Below, in pieces: positions 40,778-49,627 of a DNA stretch of 64,000 nucleotides. The stretch comes from Paracoccaceae bacterium. GTDB taxonomy: Bacteria; Pseudomonadota; Alphaproteobacteria; Rhodobacterales; Rhodobacteraceae. Position numbers and translations under genes: made by a program. Where the stretch lies: NCBI GenBank assembly GCA_965199765.1, contig CBDATC010000001.1, forward strand, positions 58,937-122,936. The letters run 5' to 3'. A model generated the notes under the pieces. It searched no databases and was not told where the DNA came from. It saw only the letters and a list, made by a program, of their open reading frames with translations. Numbering within the stretch: the stretch's first letter is position 1; the number at the start of each line of letters is the position of its first letter.

Positions 40778-41876
40778 GCCTTGCCGCTATCGGATGGGGA
40801 GATCCGGCATCGGCAGGCAATTCTCGCCTCACAAAATACCGCGGATCGCGGATCTGCCGGCTGAGAGCCGGAATCATCTCGCGATAGGCTTCAAGGACGC
40901 TGTTATATGCTGGCGGACAGTCGTGCTTTATTTCCTCGTGCAGCGCCGGCAGCGAATAGAACGGAACCATTGGGAACATGTGATGCTCAACATGGTAGTT
41001 CATATTGGAATAAACAAATTTAAGGACCGGATTGAGATAGACCGTCCTTGTGTTCAGCCGATGATCAGGAATGTCCTCCGCCAACCCCGCATGCTGCGTG
41101 GCCGACAGAATGCTGTGAAGCCATGACCCGTAAAATGTTGGTAAACCGATAAACAGCAGTGGAAGAATGCTGCCGGCAAGAATCGACCAAAGAACTACCG
41201 CGATCAACACACCGATCTGAATACGGGCGTGCAAAATAACTTTCGGAAACTCCGATTCGGGCAGATAGCTTCTTTCTTCGTCCGACAGCCGCTTAAAGCA
41301 ATGCTGAATGGTTCGGCCGAGTTCATTCACTCCGGCTCGAAGGTGTAAAATGTTAAGAACCATTCCCCATACATCCGGCGGACGCGGGTAGGCGATTTCC
41401 GGATCCCGTCCCACGACAATTGTATCCGTGTGATGCCGGGCGTGACTCCATCGCCAAAGATATGGATTCTTGAATGACATGAATCCAAGCACGGCCAAAA
41501 AAAACTCATTGATTGAGCGCGAACGAAACGGCGTTCCGTGCAGACATTCATGAAATCGCGATTCGGCGCAAGAACCATACAGCACGCCATAAATCACAAA
41601 AGCCGGAACGGCGAACCAAGTTCCCAAGCTTAGAAAGGCGAGCGTGCCCGACCCTGCCAGCAAAACAAACCAAACCACATAATTTCGCCACACCTCCGAG
41701 TCGCTGCGCTTCATCAACTGCTTCATCCGCTTGCGGGGAACCTCGCAAACATACCAATCCTCATGCTTGAAATCAGCCGTTTCTGGGTTATCGGTCAGCC
41801 GGTAATTTCGAGGCTCTGCCGAATCATTCATGACATCCACATCGTTCTGGTTTGCCCTCAGGTTTAGAAAATCCAA
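40752..41876 (-). CDS. fatty acid desaturase family protein (membrane di-iron)
   Basis: 374 aa with three His boxes: HECLHG, HARHH and HVEHHMFP. Confidence 0.85.
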   Translation of the reverse strand: MDFLNLRANQNDVDVMNDSAEPRNYRLTDNPETADFKHEDWYVCEVPRKRMKQLMKRSDSEVWRNYVVWFVLLAGSGTLAFLSLGTWFAVPAFVIYGVLYGSCAESRFHECLHGTPFRSRSINEFFLAVLGFMSFKNPYLWRWSHARHHTDTIVVGRDPEIAYPRPPDVWGMVLNILHLRAGVNELGRTIQHCFKRLSDEERSYLPESEFPKVILHARIQIGVLIAVVLWSILAGSILPLLFIGLPTFYGSWLHSILSATQHAGLAEDIPDHRLNTRTVYLNPVLKFVYSNMNYHVEHHMFPMVPFYSLPALHEEIKHDCPPAYNSVLEAYREMIPALSRQIRDPRYFVRRELPADAGSPHPIAARLNQTIALA

Positions 41877-41943
41877 CCTTTTCTCGCCATTTCAACCGCT
41901 AGGATTGATAATCTTGCAAATCTATCCTTGGGCACAGTATTGT

Positions 41944-41958
41944 GGATAGATTCTATCC
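41944..41958. promoter_or_regulatory. perfect 7-1-7 inverted repeat GGATAGA-T-TCTATCC; candidate operator of the adjacent LacI-family regulator
   Basis: Read from the sequence, 18 nt upstream of the regulator ATG. The half-site TCTATCC recurs at 41921-41927 and, upstream of dctP, at 43104-43110, with similar flanks (A/T-rich, TCTATCC, C/T, then A/T A/T). Confidence 0.5.
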
Positions 41959-41975
41959 CAATTGGATTTGTTGAC

Positions 41976-42989
41976 ATGGCTAAACGGGTAACCATCGCCG
42001 ATGTGGCAAAACACGCTGGTGTGAGCGTCGCAACCGTTGATCGGGTACTGAGCAAACGCCGAAACGTCCGGCCCGAAACCGCCGTAGTTGTTCGGTCCGC
42101 AGCCGCTTCTTTAGGATTTTACGCAGCACCGCTTTTGAATATGCGGGTTAACGAAATGATTCCTAAAAAAACGCTGGGATTCGTTTTGCAAAAGAAGACC
42201 AAGAGCTTCTACAAGCGGCTCGCGGAAGATCTTGCCAAGCAGAGCGCCTCCTTGGCGGAATGCCGGGCGACAACCCGAATAAAGTTTGTCGGCGAGCTTA
42301 GCGTCGAACCAATTATTCGTGCTCTTCGCGAACTGGTTGATGATGGAGTGGACAGCATTGGCGTCGTCGCGCTTGAACACCCACACCTGCATGACGAAAT
42401 CGAACGACTTTCCAACCAAGGCGTTGCCGTCTGGTCCCTGCTCAGCAACTTATCCTCGCCGCACATCGCTGGATTTATCGGCATTGATGCCCGCAAAGCG
42501 GGCAGGACTTCGGCATGGGCAATGGCGCGCTGCGCCCGACCGCAAAGTTCTATTGGTGTCCTGATTGGCAGTTTCCGGTATCGATCGCACGAAGATCGAG
42601 AAGGTGGATTTCGATCATATTTTGGTGAACGGCATCCCGAATTCCAACTGCTGCAATCCATTTCCTATCTTGATAACAGCGGCGGCGCATTCGAGGCTGT
42701 GTCCGAACTCATTTCGAAACATGAAGATTTGGGTGGCATCTATCTCGTCGGCGGAGGTGCAAGAGGAGCTATAGAAGCATTGTTCGCGGAAAACGCAGCC
42801 GATAGGATTGCTTTCGTCTGCCACGAACTCACGACGGCTACCCGCAACGCGCTTATTGACGGTGCAATCGACTTTGTTGTCGATAGTCCGACTCAAGAGA
42901 TCGCCAGACACGCAGTCCGGGCGTTGTCCGGGCTCGACACGAAGATGGGGTTTTTGGACTTCCGCGTATTCGTTTCAGAAAATGTCTGA
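41976..42989 (+). CDS. LacI family transcriptional regulator
   Basis: The ORF track starts at 41928. ATG 41976 gives MAKRVTIADVAKHAGVSVATVDRVLS, the canonical LacI HTH N-terminus, followed by a periplasmic-binding-protein-like effector domain. Confidence 0.88.
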   Translation: MAKRVTIADVAKHAGVSVATVDRVLSKRRNVRPETAVVVRSAAASLGFYAAPLLNMRVNEMIPKKTLGFVLQKKTKSFYKRLAEDLAKQSASLAECRATTRIKFVGELSVEPIIRALRELVDDGVDSIGVVALEHPHLHDEIERLSNQGVAVWSLLSNLSSPHIAGFIGIDARKAGRTSAWAMARCARPQSSIGVLIGSFRYRSHEDREGGFRSYFGERHPEFQLLQSISYLDNSGGAFEAVSELISKHEDLGGIYLVGGGARGAIEALFAENAADRIAFVCHELTTATRNALIDGAIDFVVDSPTQEIARHAVRALSGLDTKMGFLDFRVFVSENV

Positions 42990-43275
42990 CTGGAACTCAC
43001 CACCTCTGCGGCTTAGCGGAACCATTGATTTCTCAGTCAGTCGAACGAGGGTGCTTTCATCCTGTCAACGAGCCGCTTGCCTAACTCGGACATTGTGCAA
43101 GAATCTATCCCAAGGTCGTGAGAATCGCAGCGATCTGGACAGTCAGTTGCGTAAATGTATTGAGTTTCAGCAAGCACGGGCGTAATCACCCGGTGTCGGG
43201 TGGGTTGCCTGCCGGACGTTTTGTTTCAGGGAATTCTTCCCTAGCCTTAATTGCTGATCTAAGGAGGTACACCAT

Positions 43276-44292
43276 ATGCTCTTGCGCAAAGCTTTTGTGA
43301 GCGCGGCGGTTGTTTCACTGCTCGCTGCACCGTCGTTCGCAGCTGATTACAAGCTGCGTATCCAAACACATTTTCCTGCCACATCAACGCCTGGCGAACT
43401 CATCGGACAATTTATTGATGACGTTCAAACCATGTCGGGCGGCGCACTTGAAATCCAAATGCACTACAACTCGGAAGTGGTCGCTCAAAATGAGACCCTT
43501 GGAGCTGTGTCACAAGGAATTCTTGACTGTGACATGACAGGTGCGTCAGGAAATGTCGGCAAAGACGCCGGCTTCCAATTTGCCGGAGACATCATGGGCG
43601 GTTACGATACTCCGTACCAGTTTTTGGCATGGTTCCATCATGCCGGTGGGCGGAATGCGGTCCAGTCCCACCTCTACGATCCGCTGAACGTGCATCTGGT
43701 TGGTCTCTGGCTGCAAGGCCATGAATCATTGTCATCAAACAATCCGCTGGCCAGTTTTGATGACCTTAAAGACTGGAAGTTCCGCTCACCGCCGGGACTT
43801 GAGACTGAAATTTTCGCGTCGTTCGGAGCCAAACCCATCGTGATGGATTTTGGTGAAGTTCCCAACGCGCTTCGCACGGGGATCGTCGACGGCGCAGATG
43901 CCTCGACCCTCAATACAAACGTTTCGCTCGGCTTATTTGATATCGCATCGCATGCAACCTATCCCGGTTTCCACTCGATGCCAACCGAGACGCTTGCATG
44001 CAACAAGGACGCTTGGGGTGGACTTCCCGAACATATTCAGCGGATCATTGAGGTTGCTCTTTACCGAACAGCGCTCAATCTCGCGATGTTGACCGAAATC
44101 AAGGACAAGCGAGCCGCCAAGATGCTTCTTGAGGAAGGCGTGACTCTTCATGACTGGTCGCAGGAAGACAGAAAGGCATTCCGCGCATTTGCCCGCGAAC
44201 GCTGGCTTGAATGGAGATCAAAGTCTCCGGCAGCGAGCGCGATTGTCGACAGCCATGTCGCCTTTATGGATGAGCTTGGATTGCTTCAATAA
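43276..44292 (+). CDS. TRAP transporter substrate-binding protein (DctP family)
   Basis: 338 aa with AGGAGG upstream and the signal peptide LLAAPSFAADYKL. DctP-like, including the FRSPPG region. Confidence 0.85.
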   Translation: MLLRKAFVSAAVVSLLAAPSFAADYKLRIQTHFPATSTPGELIGQFIDDVQTMSGGALEIQMHYNSEVVAQNETLGAVSQGILDCDMTGASGNVGKDAGFQFAGDIMGGYDTPYQFLAWFHHAGGRNAVQSHLYDPLNVHLVGLWLQGHESLSSNNPLASFDDLKDWKFRSPPGLETEIFASFGAKPIVMDFGEVPNALRTGIVDGADASTLNTNVSLGLFDIASHATYPGFHSMPTETLACNKDAWGGLPEHIQRIIEVALYRTALNLAMLTEIKDKRAAKMLLEEGVTLHDWSQEDRKAFRAFARERWLEWRSKSPAASAIVDSHVAFMDELGLLQ

Positions 44293-44309
44293 ATAACTCT
44301 AGGTTCCGG

Positions 44310-44344
44310 GCGCCGGCTGATTTCAGTCGGCGCTTCTTCTTTTT
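44310..44344 (+). terminator. intrinsic terminator-like hairpin between dctP and dctQ
   Basis: GCGCCGGCTG-ATTT-CAGTCGGCGC: 10 bp with one G-U pair and a 4-nt loop, the flanking A-T pair being sterically open. It is followed by TTCTTCTTTTT, 18 nt after the dctP stop codon. Confidence 0.6.
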
Positions 44345-44359
44345 GCTATTCCAACCCCG

Positions 44360-44971
44360 GTGGTGTCCATGGAACAGAAGCTTGCGCCTGCGCCCTCGGA
44401 GGGGCTGATCCTGAAGAGAATCTGGGCGTGGCTTGTCGCTCGGCCACCCGAACCGATGGTGACTTGGATCGATCGGTTTAACGGCTTTGTCTGTCGGGTT
44501 GCTATGGCTTTGACGGCGATTGCGGTCATTGCGACATTTTATGAAGTCGTTTTGCGGTATGTGTTCGGAAAGCCAACTCTTTGGGTCAACGAACTGACTT
44601 TGTGGATGGGAAGCGTTATTTTCCTTATGGCTGGTGTATACGCCATGCAGCGGCGTTCGCATATCCGCATCACCGCGGTTTACGACCTGATGTCACCGCG
44701 GATGAAACTGCTCTGCGATGTGCTTTCAACACTGGTTGTCGTCGCTTACGCGTTCATGATGATCTATGCCGGTTTCGGTGTCGCTTGGAAAACGCTCATT
44801 TCGTGGGAAAGATTCGGGACGTTCTGGAACCCTCCTATTCCTGCGACTGTGAAGCCGCTGGTGTTAATCGCGACAGCGCTCGTTGCGATTCAGGCCGTAA
44901 ACAATCTCTTCGCCGACTCTCGCGGCACATTGAACAGCTCCGGCCCCAATGAACACCGTCGGAAAGGATGA
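44360..44971 (+). CDS. TRAP transporter small permease (DctQ family)
   Basis: 203 aa with four hydrophobic segments, positioned between dctP and dctM. Confidence 0.8.
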   Translation: MVSMEQKLAPAPSEGLILKRIWAWLVARPPEPMVTWIDRFNGFVCRVAMALTAIAVIATFYEVVLRYVFGKPTLWVNELTLWMGSVIFLMAGVYAMQRRSHIRITAVYDLMSPRMKLLCDVLSTLVVVAYAFMMIYAGFGVAWKTLISWERFGTFWNPPIPATVKPLVLIATALVAIQAVNNLFADSRGTLNSSGPNEHRRKG

Positions 44972-45176
44972 GGAATGGAAATCATCCTGGGGCGGGTTGC
45001 GATCGGAGCGGTTCTTTGCCCGAGTACGCACAATCGAAGGTTATCGGTATTCGGAACTCTGGGAATCAAACCGCGGACCGCGGCATTGGCTAGCTCAAGC
45101 ATTCAAGATACAATTCAATATCCATCTGCTTTTCCAACGACGTTGATTGCAGTAACACAGTTAGAATGACCAACTG

Positions 45177-46655
45177 ATGGATATCGGCACACTTTCACTG
45201 CTGCTCTTGATTGCAGTATTTGTTTTGCTTGCGATCGGAGTTCCGCTGGGCTTTGCAACAGGTCTTCTCGGCTCAATCATAATCCTAACCAATTTCGGTG
45301 TTCCCGGTCTGGGACTCGTGATGCAGCGCGTCTATGACCTAGCTATCACCTATTCCATCATCGCCGTACCGCTCTTCATTGTAATGGCATCGCTTCTCGA
45401 GAGAAGCGGAATAGCAAAAGATATGTATAACTCGCTGAATATCGCGCTTGGCAGACTGCGCGGCGGCGTTGCCATCGTCACAACAGTCATGGCCGTGATT
45501 ATGGCCGCAATGTCGGGAATCATCGGTGGCGAGATTGTCCTCTTGGGATTGGTTGCTCTTCCGCAGATGCTGCGTCTTGGATACAACAAACATCTCGCAA
45601 TCGGGACAATCTGCGCCGGCGGCTCGCTGGGCACCATGATCCCCCCATCTGTTGTCCTTATCATTTTCGGACTGATCACCGAGACATCAATTACCGCTCT
45701 GTTCACCGCCGCATTTGTGCCAGGATTGATGCTGGCAACGACCTATATCGGCTACATCATTGTTTTGACCCGTCTGAAACCAAGCCTTGCGCCATTGCCT
45801 GAAGAGATTGGGGAAAATCGTGTACACATGACTGACACGGCGCCCTTCTTCGAGCTTGCAATGTGTTTATTTCCGGTGCTTGTCGGTTTGCTCGGCGTTT
45901 TTGCTTTACGGTTCTCGGGCGCTGACGGCATCGCGCAGATTGCCGGCTTCATTTTCGCAAGTTCCGCCGCCGGTCTGCTGCTTGTTTATCTTATCCGCCG
46001 CAAGACCAATGTCCCGATTGCAAAGGGACTGCTGCCGCCTTTGATCGTGGTCGATTTAGTACTAGGATCGATTTATGGCGGAGTAACCGGCATAACCGAA
46101 GCCGCGGCCATGGGTGTTGTCGCGACTTTCGTCCTGATCACAATCCGCCAAGAGCTTGGTCTGCAGATGGTGCTGGAAAGCCTTGAACAGACTTTCAGAT
46201 CGGTGGGCACTATTCTCTGGGTGACATTCGGCGCCACTGTTCTGGCAGGTGCGTACAGCTTGTCAGGCGGCAACGCGTATGTGGCCAATCAGATTTTCGG
46301 TCTCGAAATCGCGCCAATCGGCATAATCTTAATCATGATGCTGATTTTTCTAATCCTAGGGATGTTTATGGACTGGATCGGCATTGTGCTTTTGACAATG
46401 CCGGTATTTATGCCCATTGTAATTAAACTTGGCTACGACCCGGTTTGGTTCGGCATTCTTTTCTGCGTCAACATGCAGGTTGCCTTCCTCACTCCGCCGT
46501 TTGGGTCGGCGGCCTTTTATCTGAAGAGTGTAACTCCACCGGAGATTGATCTGGTTACGATCTATCGTTCGTTCGGGCCGTTCATCTGTTTGCAGCTGGC
46601 AGTGCTCGCCCTCCTAGTTACCTTTCCAGAAATCTCGCTCTTCTTAATCAGATAA
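45177..46655 (+). CDS. TRAP transporter large permease (DctM family)
   Basis: 492 aa, about 12-13 TM segments. MDIGTLSLLLLIAVFVLLAIGVPLGFATG is a typical DctM N-terminus. Confidence 0.9.
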   Translation: MDIGTLSLLLLIAVFVLLAIGVPLGFATGLLGSIIILTNFGVPGLGLVMQRVYDLAITYSIIAVPLFIVMASLLERSGIAKDMYNSLNIALGRLRGGVAIVTTVMAVIMAAMSGIIGGEIVLLGLVALPQMLRLGYNKHLAIGTICAGGSLGTMIPPSVVLIIFGLITETSITALFTAAFVPGLMLATTYIGYIIVLTRLKPSLAPLPEEIGENRVHMTDTAPFFELAMCLFPVLVGLLGVFALRFSGADGIAQIAGFIFASSAAGLLLVYLIRRKTNVPIAKGLLPPLIVVDLVLGSIYGGVTGITEAAAMGVVATFVLITIRQELGLQMVLESLEQTFRSVGTILWVTFGATVLAGAYSLSGGNAYVANQIFGLEIAPIGIILIMMLIFLILGMFMDWIGIVLLTMPVFMPIVIKLGYDPVWFGILFCVNMQVAFLTPPFGSAAFYLKSVTPPEIDLVTIYRSFGPFICLQLAVLALLVTFPEISLFLIR

Positions 46656-46698
46656 GCACAGACTGATATCTTCCTCGGGCAGCGCAAAGGAGTTCACC

Positions 46699-47607
46699 AT
46701 GATTGCTCGTGTTGGTGTTGTGGGGCTTGGAGACATGGGATCCGGGCTTGCAAAAAATTTGATTCACGCAGGTTTCGAGACATCGGGATTCGACCTTAGC
46801 AAAGCCAGAATGGATGCGTTTGCCGCCTTGGGCGGGCATCCGGCCGCAAATGCCAAAGAAGTCGGTCAAGATACTGATGCCGTCCTTGTAATGGTTATGA
46901 ACGGTGCACAGGCCCGTTCGACAATTTTCGGCGCTAATGGTCTGCTTGCTTCAATGAAAGCGGGTTCAGCCATTCTCATGACCGCGACCATTGCCGCTAA
47001 AGATGTCCTCATGATCGCAGATGAAATGTCTGAAAGCGGTGTCTATTTGATCGACACGCCAGTCAGCGGCGGATTCTCCGGTGCTCAATCCGGGAATCTC
47101 ACAATGATGGCAGCGGCTCCTGACGACATCCTTGACCGCTTCCAACCTGTCATGGAAGCAGTCAGCTCATCAATTCACCGGGTGGGAACCAAGGCCGGAA
47201 TGGGGCAAACCGTCAAAGCCTGCCTGCAGTCCTTGATCGGTGCGATCTTCACGGCGACCTTTGAGGCTACCGTCCTCGCAGGGGCTGCAGGTGTCAATGC
47301 AAAAGTTCTGCAGAATGTGATTTCCGCATCGTCCGCCGGTTCGATCGCTAGCAATACAGCAGTCGAAAATATCATCGCCGGACGGTTTGAGGCAACAGGC
47401 AGCCACATCCGCACCATGCACAAGGACATGACATTGGTGGTTGATCTCGCTCGGGATCTAGGTGTCCCGCTGTTCACCGCCTCCACCGCGATGCAATTGT
47501 TTCAGGCAGGAATCACGAAATTTCCGCATGGCGACAATTGGGCGGTCACCCGGGTGCTGGAAGACATCGTCGGCAGCAGTTTGCGTCAGCAGGATGATTT
47601 GTCATGA
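46699..47607 (+). CDS. NAD(P)-dependent beta-hydroxyacid dehydrogenase (3-hydroxyisobutyrate dehydrogenase family)
   Basis: 302 aa. Rossmann N-terminus VGVVGLGDMGSGLAKNL and the family-typical GMGQTVKACLQ segment. Confidence 0.85.
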   Translation: MIARVGVVGLGDMGSGLAKNLIHAGFETSGFDLSKARMDAFAALGGHPAANAKEVGQDTDAVLVMVMNGAQARSTIFGANGLLASMKAGSAILMTATIAAKDVLMIADEMSESGVYLIDTPVSGGFSGAQSGNLTMMAAAPDDILDRFQPVMEAVSSSIHRVGTKAGMGQTVKACLQSLIGAIFTATFEATVLAGAAGVNAKVLQNVISASSAGSIASNTAVENIIAGRFEATGSHIRTMHKDMTLVVDLARDLGVPLFTASTAMQLFQAGITKFPHGDNWAVTRVLEDIVGSSLRQQDDLS

Positions 47608-48476
47608 AACTTGGGGTCATCTGTGACGGCATTAGCCGTGATTTGAACCACGCGCTAAGCGTGTTGACCGAATTCGGTTTTGATTATGCGGAACTGCAAT
47701 TTGTCTGGAATCGCGAAATTGGCGATCACTCCACCGAGGAAGTCGCGCTCATCAAAGAATTATTGCGTCGGCATGACAAACATGTCTGCTGCCTTTCCCG
47801 GCATCTCTTTGCGGCGCTGACGGTGCAAAACAAACCTGGCGACAGTGTGCATAAGCAGCAGATGGAAGCCTTGAAGCGCGTCAACGCGCTGGCTCACGAG
47901 CTGAATTCGCCGCTGGTGCGCATCATGGCGCCCAAAAAAGAAGCCATCCTTTGGGGTGAAGGCGGCGCGGAGGTCTGGAATGTTGCAGTTGGCGCCTGGG
48001 ATGTTACGCTTGAACTTCTGATGCCGGTGATCGAACAGGCTCGGAAAGATGCAGTGACGCTGGTTGTCGAAACCGGCAATGGCATCATGGTCAATTCCAA
48101 TTGCATGGCCAAGAAACTAATCGATGACCTGAACGCGAAAGATTGTCTCAAAGTTCTGTGGGATCCGGCGAACTGCTGCTGGTGCCATGAGCGCGCTTGG
48201 CCAGATGCATATGAAGAGGTGGCGAATGGCTATCTCGGCCATATTCACATCAAGGATATCAGCATCGACACACCGCGTGCGCTTCTGAGTGTGCGTGAAT
48301 ATGGCACCGGTCAACTGGGACCTCACTACCCTAAGATCGCGGAGGCGCTGAAACGCGACAAGTATGACGGCGTTGTCTCGTTCGAAAGCGTTTATCATCC
48401 GGGCAACGGGAGTTTTGAAGACGGGTTCAGAAGCAGCGTTGACCGGTTTTGCGCGGATTTTCGCAGCCCAGCTTGA
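47604..48476 (+). CDS. sugar phosphate isomerase/epimerase (xylose isomerase-like TIM barrel)
   Basis: 290 aa with a 4-nt overlap with the dehydrogenase. Barrel pattern with VVETGNG, WDPAN and HIHIKD metal-ligand-like motifs. Confidence 0.78.
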   Translation: MKLGVICDGISRDLNHALSVLTEFGFDYAELQFVWNREIGDHSTEEVALIKELLRRHDKHVCCLSRHLFAALTVQNKPGDSVHKQQMEALKRVNALAHELNSPLVRIMAPKKEAILWGEGGAEVWNVAVGAWDVTLELLMPVIEQARKDAVTLVVETGNGIMVNSNCMAKKLIDDLNAKDCLKVLWDPANCCWCHERAWPDAYEEVANGYLGHIHIKDISIDTPRALLSVREYGTGQLGPHYPKIAEALKRDKYDGVVSFESVYHPGNGSFEDGFRSSVDRFCADFRSPA

Positions 48477-48488
48477 AGGAGTTGAATC

Positions 48489-49316
48489 ATGCACCGCGTT
48501 TATACATGGGCTGCCAAGCCGACCGTACGAACGACAACAGTTGCCGGACTGCAAGCGAATAAAGGCAAACGCAAGTGGACGCAGGTTACCTGCAACAGCG
48601 AAGAAGAGGCTCATGCCGCCAATGAAGCCGGACTGGATCTCATCATTTGCAATTCGACAAATGCAGATCGTGTCCGCGCAGCGAACACACCTCAGTTCCT
48701 GACGGCCGCGATCGGTCTGCCTGATTTCCCAACGATTACCGATATTCTGCGGGAAGCCTTTCGCTGTTTGGCATTGGGAGCCGATGCAGTGCTGACGGCA
48801 CGCAGTATGGATGTCGTCGAAGTCTTGGCACGGGAGGACATTCCAGTCATGGGGCATCTGGGTCTCGTTCCACGAAAATCAACTTGGAGAGGAGGACTGC
48901 GCGCCGTCGGCAAGACCGGTGAAGAAGCCTTTGAGCTTTATCGTGATTTCAGGCGGTTGGAAGACGCCGGAGGGGTCATGGTTGAAGCGGAGGTTATTCC
49001 CGCTCCGATCATGGCCGAAATCTCCAAGCGAAGTTCACTCATCACTGTATCTTTAGGGTCGGGAAATGGAGGTGATGTCGATTATCTTTTCTTGGAAGAT
49101 ATCTGTGGCGATTCTGACATTCCGCCGCGTCATGCACGGACTTTCGGCAATATGCGGGCGATCCGCAAACAGCTGAGCCAAGAAAGAATAAATGCGTTGA
49201 AACGATTTAAGCTTGCTGTGGAGGCAGGCGAATTTCCTAGCAGCGCGGAATCGGTCGGCATAGACCCGAAAGCACTCGAACACTTCCATAATTTGATGGA
49301 ACGAGACCGAGCTTGA
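48489..49316 (+). CDS. PanB-family (3-methyl-2-oxobutanoate hydroxymethyltransferase-like) protein, divergent
   Basis: 275 aa. GHLGLVPRKSTWRGGLRAVGKTGEEA...VMVEAEVIP...ITVSLGSGNGGDVDYLFLEDICG is colinear with the C-terminal half of E. coli PanB (GHLGLTPQS...GGYKVQGRGDEA...LVLECVP...IGIGAG..DGQ). The N-terminal half is divergent. Confidence 0.75.
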   Translation: MHRVYTWAAKPTVRTTTVAGLQANKGKRKWTQVTCNSEEEAHAANEAGLDLIICNSTNADRVRAANTPQFLTAAIGLPDFPTITDILREAFRCLALGADAVLTARSMDVVEVLAREDIPVMGHLGLVPRKSTWRGGLRAVGKTGEEAFELYRDFRRLEDAGGVMVEAEVIPAPIMAEISKRSSLITVSLGSGNGGDVDYLFLEDICGDSDIPPRHARTFGNMRAIRKQLSQERINALKRFKLAVEAGEFPSSAESVGIDPKALEHFHNLMERDRA

Positions 49317-49439
49317 TTATTGAAAACGAAGAACAGCTTAAATCTTGACCCATAGCTTGGTCACTACGCTGCACACATAGAAAAAGCGTAGACACGTTTC
49401 TGTAATACCGTTTCAAAAATAGTAATCATTGGTCTGGAA

Positions 49440-49627
49440 CTTTTTCAGGTTCTTGTTCAGCGTCTCCTCAACCGCGTCCCTGACCATTTCACCCAGGCGA
49501 TCCTTGATCCTCGCCTCATTGATGTGAACTACTTTTCCCATCGGATTGTCGTCTTTCCCGTCCATTGTCAGTCCTCTCTGTCTGAAAGGAACCATCAGCA
49601 AAAGCAAATGTGCGAAAGATTCTATAC
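49440..49627 (-). mobile_element. IS256-family insertion sequence remnant: left end plus the first ~35 transposase codons
   Basis: The reverse strand reads MDGKDDNPMGKVVHINEARIKDRLGEMVRDAVEETLN, then loses similarity. The ...MVR..VEETLN.. stretch is the conserved N-terminal helix of proteobacterial IS256-family transposases. The inverted-repeat-like sequence AAATGTGCGAAAGATTCTATAC at 49606-49627 matches the right-end repeat of the other copies. Confidence 0.65.

Noticed and set aside
44975-45169. 64-aa ORF in the dctQ-dctM gap.
   Set aside because: No RBS, no hydrophobic or other pattern, and it overlaps nothing conserved that I can recognise.
48117-48857. 246-aa ORF antisense across the TIM-barrel / PanB-like gene junction.
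   Set aside because: A shadow frame opposite two well-supported co-directional genes, with a low-complexity Cys/Arg-rich translation.
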